DNA of 64,000 nt, taken from contig CALLUG010000009.1 of assembly GCA_938011315.1 (NCBI GenBank), forward strand, positions 6,130-70,129, written 5' to 3'. Positions 9,856 to 19,401 of the stretch are shown here, in pieces. This stretch comes from an uncultured Flavobacteriaceae bacterium (GTDB taxonomy: Bacteria; Bacteroidota; Bacteroidia; Flavobacteriales; Flavobacteriaceae). Below the pieces are notes generated by a model, which worked only from the letters and a program-made list of their open reading frames with translations, was not told the DNA's origin and did no database searches. Every line of letters begins with the position of its first letter. The first letter of the stretch is position 1. Made by a program: the position numbers and the translations under genes.

Positions 9856-10926
9856 ATGCATAATAATATGAGTTACACGATTACAACCACAACCGTTACA
9901 AAATCAAAAATAGAAGCTTTAGATTTTAATAATATTCCATTAGGCAAGACTTTTACAGATCATATGTTTGTTTGTGATTACGATAATGGGCAGTGGGTAT
10001 CACCGCGAATAGAACCCTTAGAATTAATACCAACACATCCAGCAGCAATGGCCTTGCATTATGGACAAGCTATTTTTGAAGGTATGAAAGCTACAATACA
10101 TACCGATGGTAGACCAATGCTTTTTCGCCCAGAAAAAAATGCTGCACGTTTAAATTTAAGTGCAGACCGTATGGGAATGCCACACATTCCTGAAGCCTTG
10201 TTTGTAGAAGCCTTAAAGCAATTGGTCGCTTTAGAAAAAAATTGGATTCCTCCGCAAGAAGGGAGTGCTTTGTATTTAAGACCTTTTATGTACGCCGATG
10301 AGCCATTTATTGGTATGCGGGCAGCAACGCATTATAAATTTATGATTATAGCCTCGCCATCAAATCCTTTGTATAGCAAACGGATAAAACTGTATGCAGA
10401 AACTAAATATATAAGAGCAGCCAATGGCGGAACTGGAGAAGCAAAAGCTGCAGGAAATTATGCCGCAGCTATCCGTCCAACAGAGCTTGCTAAAGCAAAA
10501 GGTTACGACCAAGTATTATGGTTAGATGCAAATAACTTTAATTATATTCAAGAAGTTGGAACAATGAATATTTTTTTCAAAATTAATGGAGAAATTATTA
10601 CACCAAACTTAGATGGTTCCATTTTACATGGCATTACAAGATTAAGCGTTATTGAGCTATTGCGAAGCAAAAACTATAAAGTGATAGAACGTCCAATTGC
10701 TATTGAGGATATTATAGAAGCTGCTCGTAACGGGAGTTTGGAAGAGGCTTTTGGAACAGGAACTGCAGTTGGTATTGCGATGATTGAAGAAATTGGATAT
10801 AAAAATACTGTAATTCATGTGTCCAAAGAAAGCCCTACAGGCAAAATGGTGTTAGACACTTTAGACGGAGTACGTTCTGGTAAAATGGAAGATAAACTAA
10901 AATGGATGACTCACATCAAAGCTTAA
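9856..10926 (+). CDS. ilvE: branched-chain-amino-acid aminotransferase (fold-type IV PLP enzyme)
   Basis: 356 aa with the FEGMKA PLP-Lys context and typical BCAT length and motifs (LYLRPF, GTGEAKAAGNYA, GTGTA). An alternative ATG lies at 9868. Confidence 0.85.
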   Translation: MHNNMSYTITTTTVTKSKIEALDFNNIPLGKTFTDHMFVCDYDNGQWVSPRIEPLELIPTHPAAMALHYGQAIFEGMKATIHTDGRPMLFRPEKNAARLNLSADRMGMPHIPEALFVEALKQLVALEKNWIPPQEGSALYLRPFMYADEPFIGMRAATHYKFMIIASPSNPLYSKRIKLYAETKYIRAANGGTGEAKAAGNYAAAIRPTELAKAKGYDQVLWLDANNFNYIQEVGTMNIFFKINGEIITPNLDGSILHGITRLSVIELLRSKNYKVIERPIAIEDIIEAARNGSLEEAFGTGTAVGIAMIEEIGYKNTVIHVSKESPTGKMVLDTLDGVRSGKMEDKLKWMTHIKA

Positions 10927-10946
10927 GTTAACGATATTTAGTTACT

Positions 10947-13013
10947 ATGAATAAGGATATTTTAGAAAAGGCATTTTTAAATCTTTGTACAGCAAAAGCA
11001 TTGGCTAGTTTGTATGAAGCAAATTTTAAGCAAGTGTCCAAGTATGTTCACGCCACATCTCGGGGGCATGAAGCCATACAAACAGCTTTAGGCTTACAGT
11101 TATTGCCACAAGATTATGCCTTTCCTTACTATAGAGATGACGCAATGTTACTCGCTTTTGGAATGCAACCTTACGATTTGATGTTGCAATTACTGGCAAA
11201 GAAAGCCGATCCGTTTTCTGGCGGACGAACCTATTATTCGCACCCAAGCCTAAAGCTTGCAGATAAACCTAAAATACCACATCAATCCTCAGCAACAGGG
11301 ATGCAAGCTATTCCAGCAACAGGTGTTGCTATGGGTATGCAGTATATAGAAAAACAGGGTTTATACAACGTAAATACAGCTAAAAAAAGCGATCAAGACC
11401 ATGCGCTACCTGTAGCAGTTTGTTCTTTAGGTGATGCTTCGGTTACCGAAGGCGAAATAGCCGAAGCTTTTCAAATGGCGGCACTCAAACAATTACCTAT
11501 ACTGTACTTAGTGCAAGATAATGGCTGGGATATTTCTGCAAATGCAGCAGAAACAAGAGCGCAAAACGCTTACCAGTATGCACAGGGCTTTCATGGTTTA
11601 GAAGCGATTTCTATAGATGGTGCAAATTTTATAGAAAGCTACGAAGCTTTAGAAAAAGTAATACAAACTATTCGCAAAGAGCGACGTCCTTTTTTGGTGC
11701 ACGCAAAGGTTCCATTATTAAATCATCATACATCTGGGGTACGTATGGAGTGGTATCGTGACGACCTAGAAGAAGCACAATCTAGAGACCCTTATCCTGT
11801 ACTAAAACAGCAATTACTAGACGCAGGATTTTTGGAAGAAAAAATTATAGCCCTTGAGGCTTTAGCAAAAAGCAACGTACAATCAGATTTTCAAAAAGCA
11901 TTACAGGCAGAAGATCCTAAGCCTGAAGATTTATTTACTAACGATTTTGCGCCAACGCCTATTACCAAAGAAGTTGGCGAACGTGCGCCTAAGCGCGATG
12001 AAAAAGTTGTTATGGTCGACTGTGCACTATTTGCAGTAGAGGAGTTAATGCAAAAGCATAAGGAATGTTTGTTGTATGGACAAGATGTAGGTGGACGGCT
12101 AGGTGGGGTGTTTCGGGAAGCAGCAACCTTAGCCCAAAAATTTGGAGACGACCGTGTGTTTAATACCCCAATTCAAGAAGCATTTATAGTGGGCTCTACC
12201 GTAGGAATGTCTGCCGTTGGTTTAAAACCTATTGTAGAAGTTCAGTTTGCCGATTATATTTGGCCAGGGCTTAATCAGTTATTTACAGAGGTAAGTCGCA
12301 GTTGCTATTTAAGTAACGGAAAGTGGCCAGTGTCTATGATTCTTCGTGTACCTATTGGAGCTTATGGTAGTGGAGGTCCTTATCACTCGTCGTCTGTAGA
12401 GAGTGTGCTTACTAATATAAGGGGGATTAAAATTGCGTATCCAAGCAATGGTGCCGACCTAAAAGGACTTATAAAAGCGGCATATTATGACCCTAATCCT
12501 GTTGTTATTTTAGAACACAAAGGCTTGTACTGGTCTAAAGTTCCGGGAACTAAAGGCGCAACATCTATAGAACCTGCTGAAGACTACATATTGCCTTTTG
12601 GTAAAGCCAATATATTGCAAGAAATATGGAAACAAGATGATAAAGAAACCTTAACCGTTGTGAGTTATGGCATGGGAGTACATTGGGCAATGAATGCTAC
12701 TAAAGAGATACGCGACCAGATTGAAATTATTGATTTACGAACCCTATTTCCTTTGGATGAAGATGCTGTAATGACATCAGTAAAAAAAACAGGGAAGTGT
12801 TTGGTTATTACGGAAGAGCCTAGCGATAATAGTTTTGCAAGAGCTTTGTCTAGCAAAATTCAAGAAATATGCTTTAAATCTTTAGATGCACCCGTAATGG
12901 TTATTGGTAGTCAAAATATGCCAGCTATTCCTCTAAATGCTACCTTAGAGCAAACCATGATTCCATCTACAGAAAAAGTGAAGGCTAAAATTGACGAGTT
13001 GTTAAACTATTAA
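10947..13013 (+). CDS. 2-oxoacid dehydrogenase E1 component, fused alpha/beta subunits (TPP-dependent)
   Basis: 688 aa. The alpha part has the TPP motif GDASVTEGE...LVQDNGW. The beta part has the transketolase-like pyrimidine-binding and C-terminal domains (FNTPIQEA, EVQFADY). Confidence 0.85.
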   Translation: MNKDILEKAFLNLCTAKALASLYEANFKQVSKYVHATSRGHEAIQTALGLQLLPQDYAFPYYRDDAMLLAFGMQPYDLMLQLLAKKADPFSGGRTYYSHPSLKLADKPKIPHQSSATGMQAIPATGVAMGMQYIEKQGLYNVNTAKKSDQDHALPVAVCSLGDASVTEGEIAEAFQMAALKQLPILYLVQDNGWDISANAAETRAQNAYQYAQGFHGLEAISIDGANFIESYEALEKVIQTIRKERRPFLVHAKVPLLNHHTSGVRMEWYRDDLEEAQSRDPYPVLKQQLLDAGFLEEKIIALEALAKSNVQSDFQKALQAEDPKPEDLFTNDFAPTPITKEVGERAPKRDEKVVMVDCALFAVEELMQKHKECLLYGQDVGGRLGGVFREAATLAQKFGDDRVFNTPIQEAFIVGSTVGMSAVGLKPIVEVQFADYIWPGLNQLFTEVSRSCYLSNGKWPVSMILRVPIGAYGSGGPYHSSSVESVLTNIRGIKIAYPSNGADLKGLIKAAYYDPNPVVILEHKGLYWSKVPGTKGATSIEPAEDYILPFGKANILQEIWKQDDKETLTVVSYGMGVHWAMNATKEIRDQIEIIDLRTLFPLDEDAVMTSVKKTGKCLVITEEPSDNSFARALSSKIQEICFKSLDAPVMVIGSQNMPAIPLNATLEQTMIPSTEKVKAKIDELLNY

Positions 13014-13015
13014 CA

Positions 13016-13741
13016 ATGAAATTAGCACAATATACTAAATATGGATTTCATCACTTAAAAAATTTTTTTAGTGAAAATGAGCTTCTAAGTATTGAACCTA
13101 TTATCCTAAAATTTCATAATTCTTGGTTAGACAAAAATCAAGAAACTTATATAAATGGAGCTATAAACAGTCATAGCCTTACAGCTTCAGGAAAATTAAC
13201 TAAACAAGAAAAAGGGATACTGTTCAATTTTATATGCTCAGATAAAGTGATAAACCTTATAGAGTTTGACGCACCAAGATTTTTGAATACGCAACTTTTT
13301 TTTGATCCAAAAAATTCAAATCAAAACAATTACTGGCATAGAGATATTCAATATGTAGGCATAAGTGAAGAAGCTCAGAAAGAAGTTATTAAAACCCAAA
13401 ATGTAGTTCATCTTAGAATCCCTTTAAAAAAAGATCCCGGAATTGAGTTGATTCCAAAAACACACAGGCAATGGGATTCCGTAGCGCAATATGAGGTTAG
13501 AAACTCACTTAATAATAAAACACCAAGTGATGCACTTAAGGAAGGACAGTTAATTGCTTTGGAGCGATCTGATGTATTAGTTTTTTCTGCAAATATGATT
13601 CATAGGGGAACTTACGGGAATAATAGATTATCGTTAGACATTATATATTGCGATAATGACCCAAAATTGTTGAAATTTAGAGACAAAGCCAATTTACCTT
13701 CAACATTAGACGGCTTTAAGAATGCTAAAATATTTACTTGA
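13016..13741 (+). CDS. PhyH-family Fe(II)/2-oxoglutarate dioxygenase-like protein
   Basis: HxD...H pattern (YWHRDIQY ... NMIHRG) and a distal Arg (NRLSLD), as in phytanoyl-CoA dioxygenase-family proteins. The ATG is 2 nt after the E1 stop. Confidence 0.65.
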   Translation: MKLAQYTKYGFHHLKNFFSENELLSIEPIILKFHNSWLDKNQETYINGAINSHSLTASGKLTKQEKGILFNFICSDKVINLIEFDAPRFLNTQLFFDPKNSNQNNYWHRDIQYVGISEEAQKEVIKTQNVVHLRIPLKKDPGIELIPKTHRQWDSVAQYEVRNSLNNKTPSDALKEGQLIALERSDVLVFSANMIHRGTYGNNRLSLDIIYCDNDPKLLKFRDKANLPSTLDGFKNAKIFT

Positions 13742-13820
13742 ATTTTACTAAAGCTTTTTAAATTAGGTTTAACGGTAAAATTTAAACTATTTAGCTCTAT
13801 TTGTTAATATTGAAAAAGCA

Positions 13821-14672
13821 TTATTTAAGAAGTTTATTGTAAATGCCCTGCCAGCGTAATTTACGAACAAAAGCCCCTTGTGCCTTACTAATCATAAAAT
13901 CTTCTGATGTAAAAAAAGCGTGTAAGTAGCCTATAATGTAATGACGAAATAATCGTACACTTTTCTTTTTGTAAGCTAGTTTTAGGGCAGATAAAAAGGC
14001 TAACCAAAATCTAAACCTCAACTTGTATAAAGCTTGTCCTTGCAGGTATTTTGAGCTTGTATTGTAGTTCGTTCCTGTCGGTTTTAAGTGTTTCACTTTT
14101 AGGTTTTCATCGGTTTTAAGACTCCAGCCGTAATATTGTGCTAAGAGTTCGTCTGCAGTGTCCCAACCCATAGTTTTTTTTAGCTGTCCTATTTCTATAA
14201 AACATGCTTTTCGATAAGCCTTTAGTGCACCTCTAATATGGTTTTTGTTAGTCAAATTTTCGATAATCCAATCGCTTCCTTTTTTTATATAACAAAAACC
14301 TGCACACATGCCTAGCCTGTTATTTTTTGTAAAGTGTGAAGTTAAAGTATGTAAGTAGTTTTTAGGAAAAATAAGGTCGGCATCAAACTTACAAATAATA
14401 TCATAGTTGTTGTCAAGGGTTTCAAAACCCTTATAAAACGCATTAATAACTTTTGCGCCAGGGATATGATTGTTAGTTGAGGTGGTGTTAACCAAACTTA
14501 TCCAAGAGTGTTGTTTGGAAAAACGATTAACAACAGCTTCAGTATGGTCCGTAGAGTTATCGTTAACAACAACAACTTTTTTAGGACGTAAAGTTTGTTG
14601 TGCTAAAGATTTTAGTGTGAGTTCTATAAACTTTGCTTCGTTATGAGCGGGAATAACAATATAAATAGTCAT
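13821..14672 (-). CDS. family 2 glycosyltransferase
   Basis: GT-A N-terminus IVIPAHNEAKFI...VVVVNDNSTDHT and an FDADLIF (DxD-like) motif. Confidence 0.8.
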   Translation of the reverse strand: MTIYIVIPAHNEAKFIELTLKSLAQQTLRPKKVVVVNDNSTDHTEAVVNRFSKQHSWISLVNTTSTNNHIPGAKVINAFYKGFETLDNNYDIICKFDADLIFPKNYLHTLTSHFTKNNRLGMCAGFCYIKKGSDWIIENLTNKNHIRGALKAYRKACFIEIGQLKKTMGWDTADELLAQYYGWSLKTDENLKVKHLKPTGTNYNTSSKYLQGQALYKLRFRFWLAFLSALKLAYKKKSVRLFRHYIIGYLHAFFTSEDFMISKAQGAFVRKLRWQGIYNKLLK

Positions 14673-14730
14673 AACTTAGAGTTTAATCTTATACAAGCAT
14701 TTTGTATTTTTAATTAAGGTATGAGTTGAT

Positions 14731-15258
14731 TTATTTCTCATTTTTCTCGGCATATACAATATAGTATCTTGGTGTAAACCACCTTAATATAGGGCGAATA
14801 CCTATAGTTTTACTTGGGTTTGTCCATTTTTGTCTAGCAATTATTTTCCATCCTGTTTTTTCTAGCAGCCAGTCAAATTGCCAGTCTTCAAATTCGTGAT
14901 AATGTCTGTCCCATATGTCAGTTTTACTTTTGTACGCGGACGAAAACCAAAGTCTAAGCGGAACACTTGCAACTAATTGTTTTGCTTTAATAGCTTTTAA
15001 AACAGTAAAGGGTGATAATAAATGCTCAAAAATTTCGAAAGCTGTAACCACCTCTGCGTCAGATTGGAGTATGGTAGAGTTGTCTAAATCTAAATCTTCA
15101 CCTTTAGTATTACTTACAGTATATCCTTTTTTTTGTAAAATATCTGTGAATGGATTTTTAACTCCTAAATCTAGTATTTTTGAGGATTTAGAAATATACT
15201 TAGCTAAAAACTGGTAACTATAGTTGTATCTTTTATGCGGAAAGCTGTTTTGGTACAT
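14731..15258 (-). CDS. class I methyltransferase-like protein (atypical SAM loop)
   Basis: 175 aa with MTase-like ILDLG... and AFEIFEHL segments. The Gly-rich motif I reads LDLGVKNPF instead of the usual GxGxG. Confidence 0.5.
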   Translation of the reverse strand: MYQNSFPHKRYNYSYQFLAKYISKSSKILDLGVKNPFTDILQKKGYTVSNTKGEDLDLDNSTILQSDAEVVTAFEIFEHLLSPFTVLKAIKAKQLVASVPLRLWFSSAYKSKTDIWDRHYHEFEDWQFDWLLEKTGWKIIARQKWTNPSKTIGIRPILRWFTPRYYIVYAEKNEK

Positions 15259-15306
15259 AAATAAACGTGATGTAACTGGTTATTATTAATATTACACAAG
15301 TTAAAT

Positions 15307-16365
15307 TTAATGTTTGTAAACAATAGTGTTAATATTCATGCCTGCACCTACACTTGCAAAGATAATAATATCACCTTTATGGATATGCTGGTCTTTTAAT
15401 TTTCCGTCTAGTATTAAATTGTATAGTGTTGGTACTGTGGCAACACTGGAGTTGCCTAAGGTGTTAATAGTCATAGGCATTATGCCTTTAGGAACTTCTA
15501 AGTTATATAATTTAAAAAAGCGTTGAGTAATGGCTTCATCCATTTTTTCGTTGGCTTGATGGATAAGTATTTTTTTTACATCTTTTATGTTAACACCGCT
15601 TTTGTCTAAGCACGTTTTCATAGCCATTGGGACGTTGGTTAAGGCGAATTCGTAAATTTTACGTCCATACATTTTTATATACTTACGCTTATCTGTAACG
15701 TTTTGATTGTTGGTTTTTCCAAAGTATATAAAATTGGCTTCATCTAGTGTATAACTTGCTGTTTGATGTGCTATAATGCCACCATCTTCTGTACTTGATT
15801 CTAAAACTGTTGCTCCAGCGCCGTCACTATATATCATCGAGTCTCTATCGTGTTTGTCTATTACGCGCGATAAGGTTTCTGAACCTATTATAAGACATTT
15901 TTTTGCAATCCCTGAGGCTATAAAAGCGTTAGCATGTATCAAACCTTCAATCCATCCAGGGCAGCCAAACAATAAATCGTAGGCAACACAGTTAGGATTT
16001 TTTATTTTTAGAAGATGTTTTACTCTAGCAGCGATACTTGGCACAGTATCACTTTGTTGAGTGTTATGTTTTACATCGCCATAGTTGTGAGCAACAATAA
16101 TATAATCTAGCGTTTCAGGGTTGATGTTAGCATTTTTTATGGCATTTGATGCGGCATAAAACGCAATATTAGAAGTTACTAAATCGGGTTTGACATAGCG
16201 CCTTTCATTTATTCCTGTAATTGCTTTGAATTTTTCTATAATAACTTCATTAGAGTTCTTAATTGAAGATCCATCAGTATTTAAAAAATCATGCTGAAAA
16301 AAACTTTCATTTTTTTCAATAACATTAGGAATATAAGATCCTGTTCCTGTAATTTTAATAGACAT
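15307..16365 (-). CDS. 3-oxoacyl-ACP synthase III (KAS III / FabH-like)
   Basis: Cys-His-Asn triad contexts LFGCPGW, ILIHQAN, LGNSSVAT. 352 aa. Confidence 0.8.
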   Translation of the reverse strand: MSIKITGTGSYIPNVIEKNESFFQHDFLNTDGSSIKNSNEVIIEKFKAITGINERRYVKPDLVTSNIAFYAASNAIKNANINPETLDYIIVAHNYGDVKHNTQQSDTVPSIAARVKHLLKIKNPNCVAYDLLFGCPGWIEGLIHANAFIASGIAKKCLIIGSETLSRVIDKHDRDSMIYSDGAGATVLESSTEDGGIIAHQTASYTLDEANFIYFGKTNNQNVTDKRKYIKMYGRKIYEFALTNVPMAMKTCLDKSGVNIKDVKKILIHQANEKMDEAITQRFFKLYNLEVPKGIMPMTINTLGNSSVATVPTLYNLILDGKLKDQHIHKGDIIIFASVGAGMNINTIVYKH

Positions 16366-16431
16366 TAATTTATTTTTTTAGATACTGCTAATGCAAGCAT
16401 AGTATGGTGATTTTATATAATTTTTTGTAAA

Positions 16432-19281
16432 CTAGGCTTCTATGTAATCTTCAATAGGAGCACAAGAACAGATTAAGTTTCTATCTCCATAGGCATCATC
16501 TACACGTCTTACACTTGGCCAAAATTTGTTGTCATAAATATAGCTTAACGGAAATGCTGCTGCCTCTCTAGTATATGGAAAATCCCATTGGTTTGCTGTA
16601 AGCATTGCCATAGTATGTGGTGCGTTTTTGAGCAGGTTATTAGGATTTTCTTTTTCAGTGTTATCTATTTCTTTTCTAATAGAAATCATAGCATCACAAA
16701 ACCGATCTAACTCTGGTTTTCCTTCGCTCTCGGTTGGTTCAATCATTAAAGTTCCTGCTACAGGAAACGATACTGTTGGTGCATGAAATCCGTAATCCAT
16801 TAGTCGTTTTGCGATGTCGGTAACTTCAATACCATTGGCTTTAAAGGGGCGGCAATCTATAATCATTTCATGTGCTGCGCGACCGCTTTCTCCAGAATAA
16901 AGAACGTTGTAGTGTCCAGATAGGCGTTCTTTTATATAATTTGTGTTTAAGATAGCAATTTTGGTAGCGTCTGTTAAACCATCGTTTCCTAGCATACAAA
17001 TATATCCATAGGAAATTAAACAAGCTAAGGCAGATCCAAAGGGAGCACCAGATATGGCTGTAATGGCTTGATCTCCACCAACAGGAATGATTGGGTTTCC
17101 TGGTAAAAATGGGGCTAATTGTTTTGCAACACAAATAGGTCCTACTCCAGGACCGCCGCCGCCATGTGGTATTGCAAAGGTTTTGTGAAGATTAAGGTGA
17201 CATACATCTGCTCCAATATTTCCGGGATTTGTTAATCCTACTTGCGCATTCATATTAGCACCGTCCATATAAACTTGCCCTCCGTTATCATGGATAATTT
17301 GTGTAATTTCTTTAATTGCAGATTCAAACACACCGTGTGTAGACGGGTATGTAATCATTAAGGCTGCTAGGTTATCTTTGTGTAACAGTGCCTTTTCTCG
17401 TAAATCATCGACATCTATATTGCCTTGATCTGTAGATTTTGTAACTACAACTTTCATCCCTGCCATTACGGCACTAGCAGGATTTGTTCCGTGTGCAGAT
17501 GAGGGAATTAAGCAGATGTTTCGGTGTTTTTGATTACGAGATTCGTGATAAGCTTTGATAACCATTAAACCAGCAAATTCACCTTGAGCACCAGAATTAG
17601 GTTGGAGTGATGTTGCCGCAAACCCTGTGATTTTTGTGAGTTGTTCTGCCAATTTTTGCATTACAAACTGGTAACCATCCGCTTGACTAATAGGAGCAAA
17701 AGGATGAATGTTGCCCCAGTTATTCCAGCTTAATGGTAGCATTTCTGAAGCGGCATTAAGTTTCATAGTACATGAGCCTAGTGCAATCATTGAATGGTTT
17801 AATGCTAAATCTTTTCGTTCTAAAGATTTAATATAACGCATTAAGTCGGTTTCGGAGTGATGGGTATTAAAAACATCACTGTTTAAAAATGAACTTGTTC
17901 TTGCTACAACAGGGTTAATAGCATCATTATTATCAATTTTAGAGATTATAATCGGCTCTTTTGAAATCGCTTTTGCAACTATAGATACAATACGATTAAT
18001 ATCATTTAAACTTGTGGTTTCATTAATGGCTATAGAAACTGTTTCTGCATCTGGATAATAAAAATTAACGCCATTTTCTTCTGCGATGTGTTTTACTTTT
18101 AGAGCATCGGTTTTAATTTGTATAGTATCAAAATAGGAATCGTTAGTTTGATATAGCCCTAATTGTTCTAATGCGTTTGCTAGCGTTGTAGTTGTATGGT
18201 GTACCTTATTAGCAATATATTGTAATCCTTTAGGGCCGTGATATACAGCATACATCCCTGCCATAACAGCCAAAAGCACTTGAGCTGTGCAAATGTTTGA
18301 GGTGGCTTTATCTCGCTTAATATGTTGTTCTCGAGTTTGTAGTGCCATTCGTAATGCACGGTTGCCATTAGTATCTTTGGTTACTCCAATAATACGCCCA
18401 GGAATATTACGTTTGTGTTCTTTTTTTGTAGCAAAATATGCAGCGTGAGGGCCTCCATAGCCCATTGGTATTCCAAAGCGTTGTGTTGTTCCAACAACAA
18501 CATCTGCTCCAAATTTGCCGGGGGCTTCAAGTTTTACCAAACTTAAGATATCTGCAGCAACGGCAACTTTAATTTGTGCTTGTTTTGCTTTTAGGATAAA
18601 GCTCGAAATATCATTTACTTGTCCAGATGTTCCGGGGTACTGTAATAATGCACCATAAAATTCTGAAGAAAAATTAAAGGTTTCTGCATCTCCTGTAACA
18701 AGTGTTATGTTTAGAGGTGTTGCTCGTGTTTGCAACAAAGATAGTGTTTGTGGCAGTACTTGGTCTGATACAAAAAAATGCGTTACATTATCTTTTTTTT
18801 GTTGTCGTTCTCTTGCTGCAAATAACAAAGTCATTGCTTCTGCGGCAGCTGTACTTTCGTCTAAAAGCGAAGCATTAGCGAGTTCCATACCAGTAAGATC
18901 AACAATCATGGTTTGGAAATTTAAAAGCGCTTCCAAGCGGCCTTGAGCTATTTCTGCTTGATAAGGTGTATAAGCGGTGTACCACCCTGGGTTTTCTAAG
19001 ATATTTCTTTGAATAACGGCGGGCAAATTAGAAGGATGATATCCTAAACCTATATACGATTTGAATACTTTATTCTTTAAGGATAATTCATGAATATGAT
19101 TTAAATACTCTTGTTCACTCATAGCATCGTCTAGCTCTAAACGTTTAGACAATCTAATTTGTTTAGGGATTGTTTGATCAATAAGCTGCTCTAAGTTGTC
19201 TGCTCCTATAGTTTGAAGCATACTGTCGTGGTCATCTTTACGTGGCCCAATATGACGTAATGCGAAAGAATCTGTATTCAT
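16432..19281 (-). CDS. gcvP: glycine dehydrogenase (decarboxylating), single-chain P protein
   Basis: 949 aa and collinear with GcvP (YTPYQAEISQGRLE-like YTPYQAEIAQGRLE; PLP-Lys context CHLNLHKTF). Confidence 0.95.
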   Translation of the reverse strand: MNTDSFALRHIGPRKDDHDSMLQTIGADNLEQLIDQTIPKQIRLSKRLELDDAMSEQEYLNHIHELSLKNKVFKSYIGLGYHPSNLPAVIQRNILENPGWYTAYTPYQAEIAQGRLEALLNFQTMIVDLTGMELANASLLDESTAAAEAMTLLFAARERQQKKDNVTHFFVSDQVLPQTLSLLQTRATPLNITLVTGDAETFNFSSEFYGALLQYPGTSGQVNDISSFILKAKQAQIKVAVAADILSLVKLEAPGKFGADVVVGTTQRFGIPMGYGGPHAAYFATKKEHKRNIPGRIIGVTKDTNGNRALRMALQTREQHIKRDKATSNICTAQVLLAVMAGMYAVYHGPKGLQYIANKVHHTTTTLANALEQLGLYQTNDSYFDTIQIKTDALKVKHIAEENGVNFYYPDAETVSIAINETTSLNDINRIVSIVAKAISKEPIIISKIDNNDAINPVVARTSSFLNSDVFNTHHSETDLMRYIKSLERKDLALNHSMIALGSCTMKLNAASEMLPLSWNNWGNIHPFAPISQADGYQFVMQKLAEQLTKITGFAATSLQPNSGAQGEFAGLMVIKAYHESRNQKHRNICLIPSSAHGTNPASAVMAGMKVVVTKSTDQGNIDVDDLREKALLHKDNLAALMITYPSTHGVFESAIKEITQIIHDNGGQVYMDGANMNAQVGLTNPGNIGADVCHLNLHKTFAIPHGGGGPGVGPICVAKQLAPFLPGNPIIPVGGDQAITAISGAPFGSALACLISYGYICMLGNDGLTDATKIAILNTNYIKERLSGHYNVLYSGESGRAAHEMIIDCRPFKANGIEVTDIAKRLMDYGFHAPTVSFPVAGTLMIEPTESEGKPELDRFCDAMISIRKEIDNTEKENPNNLLKNAPHTMAMLTANQWDFPYTREAAAFPLSYIYDNKFWPSVRRVDDAYGDRNLICSCAPIEDYIEA

Positions 19282-19307
19282 CCTTTTATTATATTGAATT
19301 TGGTTTG

Positions 19308-19315
19308 CAAAATTA
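19308..19315 (-). promoter_or_regulatory. candidate Bacteroidota -7 promoter box (TAATTTTG) for gcvP
   Basis: The reverse complement of caaaatta matches TAnnTTTG. It ends 26 nt upstream of the gcvP ATG. Confidence 0.3.
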
Positions 19316-19401
19316 CGTAAATATTGGCGTATTTATGAAATGGATACTTAAAGTTTTTAACCAAACAAACGGCTTGTTAACAGATTGTTTACTTTTGCAA
19401 T

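Noticed and set aside
10947-13013. Fused E1 alpha/beta dehydrogenase as a novelty
   Set aside because: To my knowledge, single-polypeptide E1 alpha-beta fusions of this size are the usual form in Bacteroidota. It is useful as a taxonomic hint but not unusual in itself.
19282-19401. Possible glycine riboswitch in the gcvP leader
   Set aside because: The intergenic region is only 120 nt. A TAATTTTG promoter box lies about 26 nt from the ATG, and I see no conserved glycine-riboswitch core segments. An Infernal scan would settle this.
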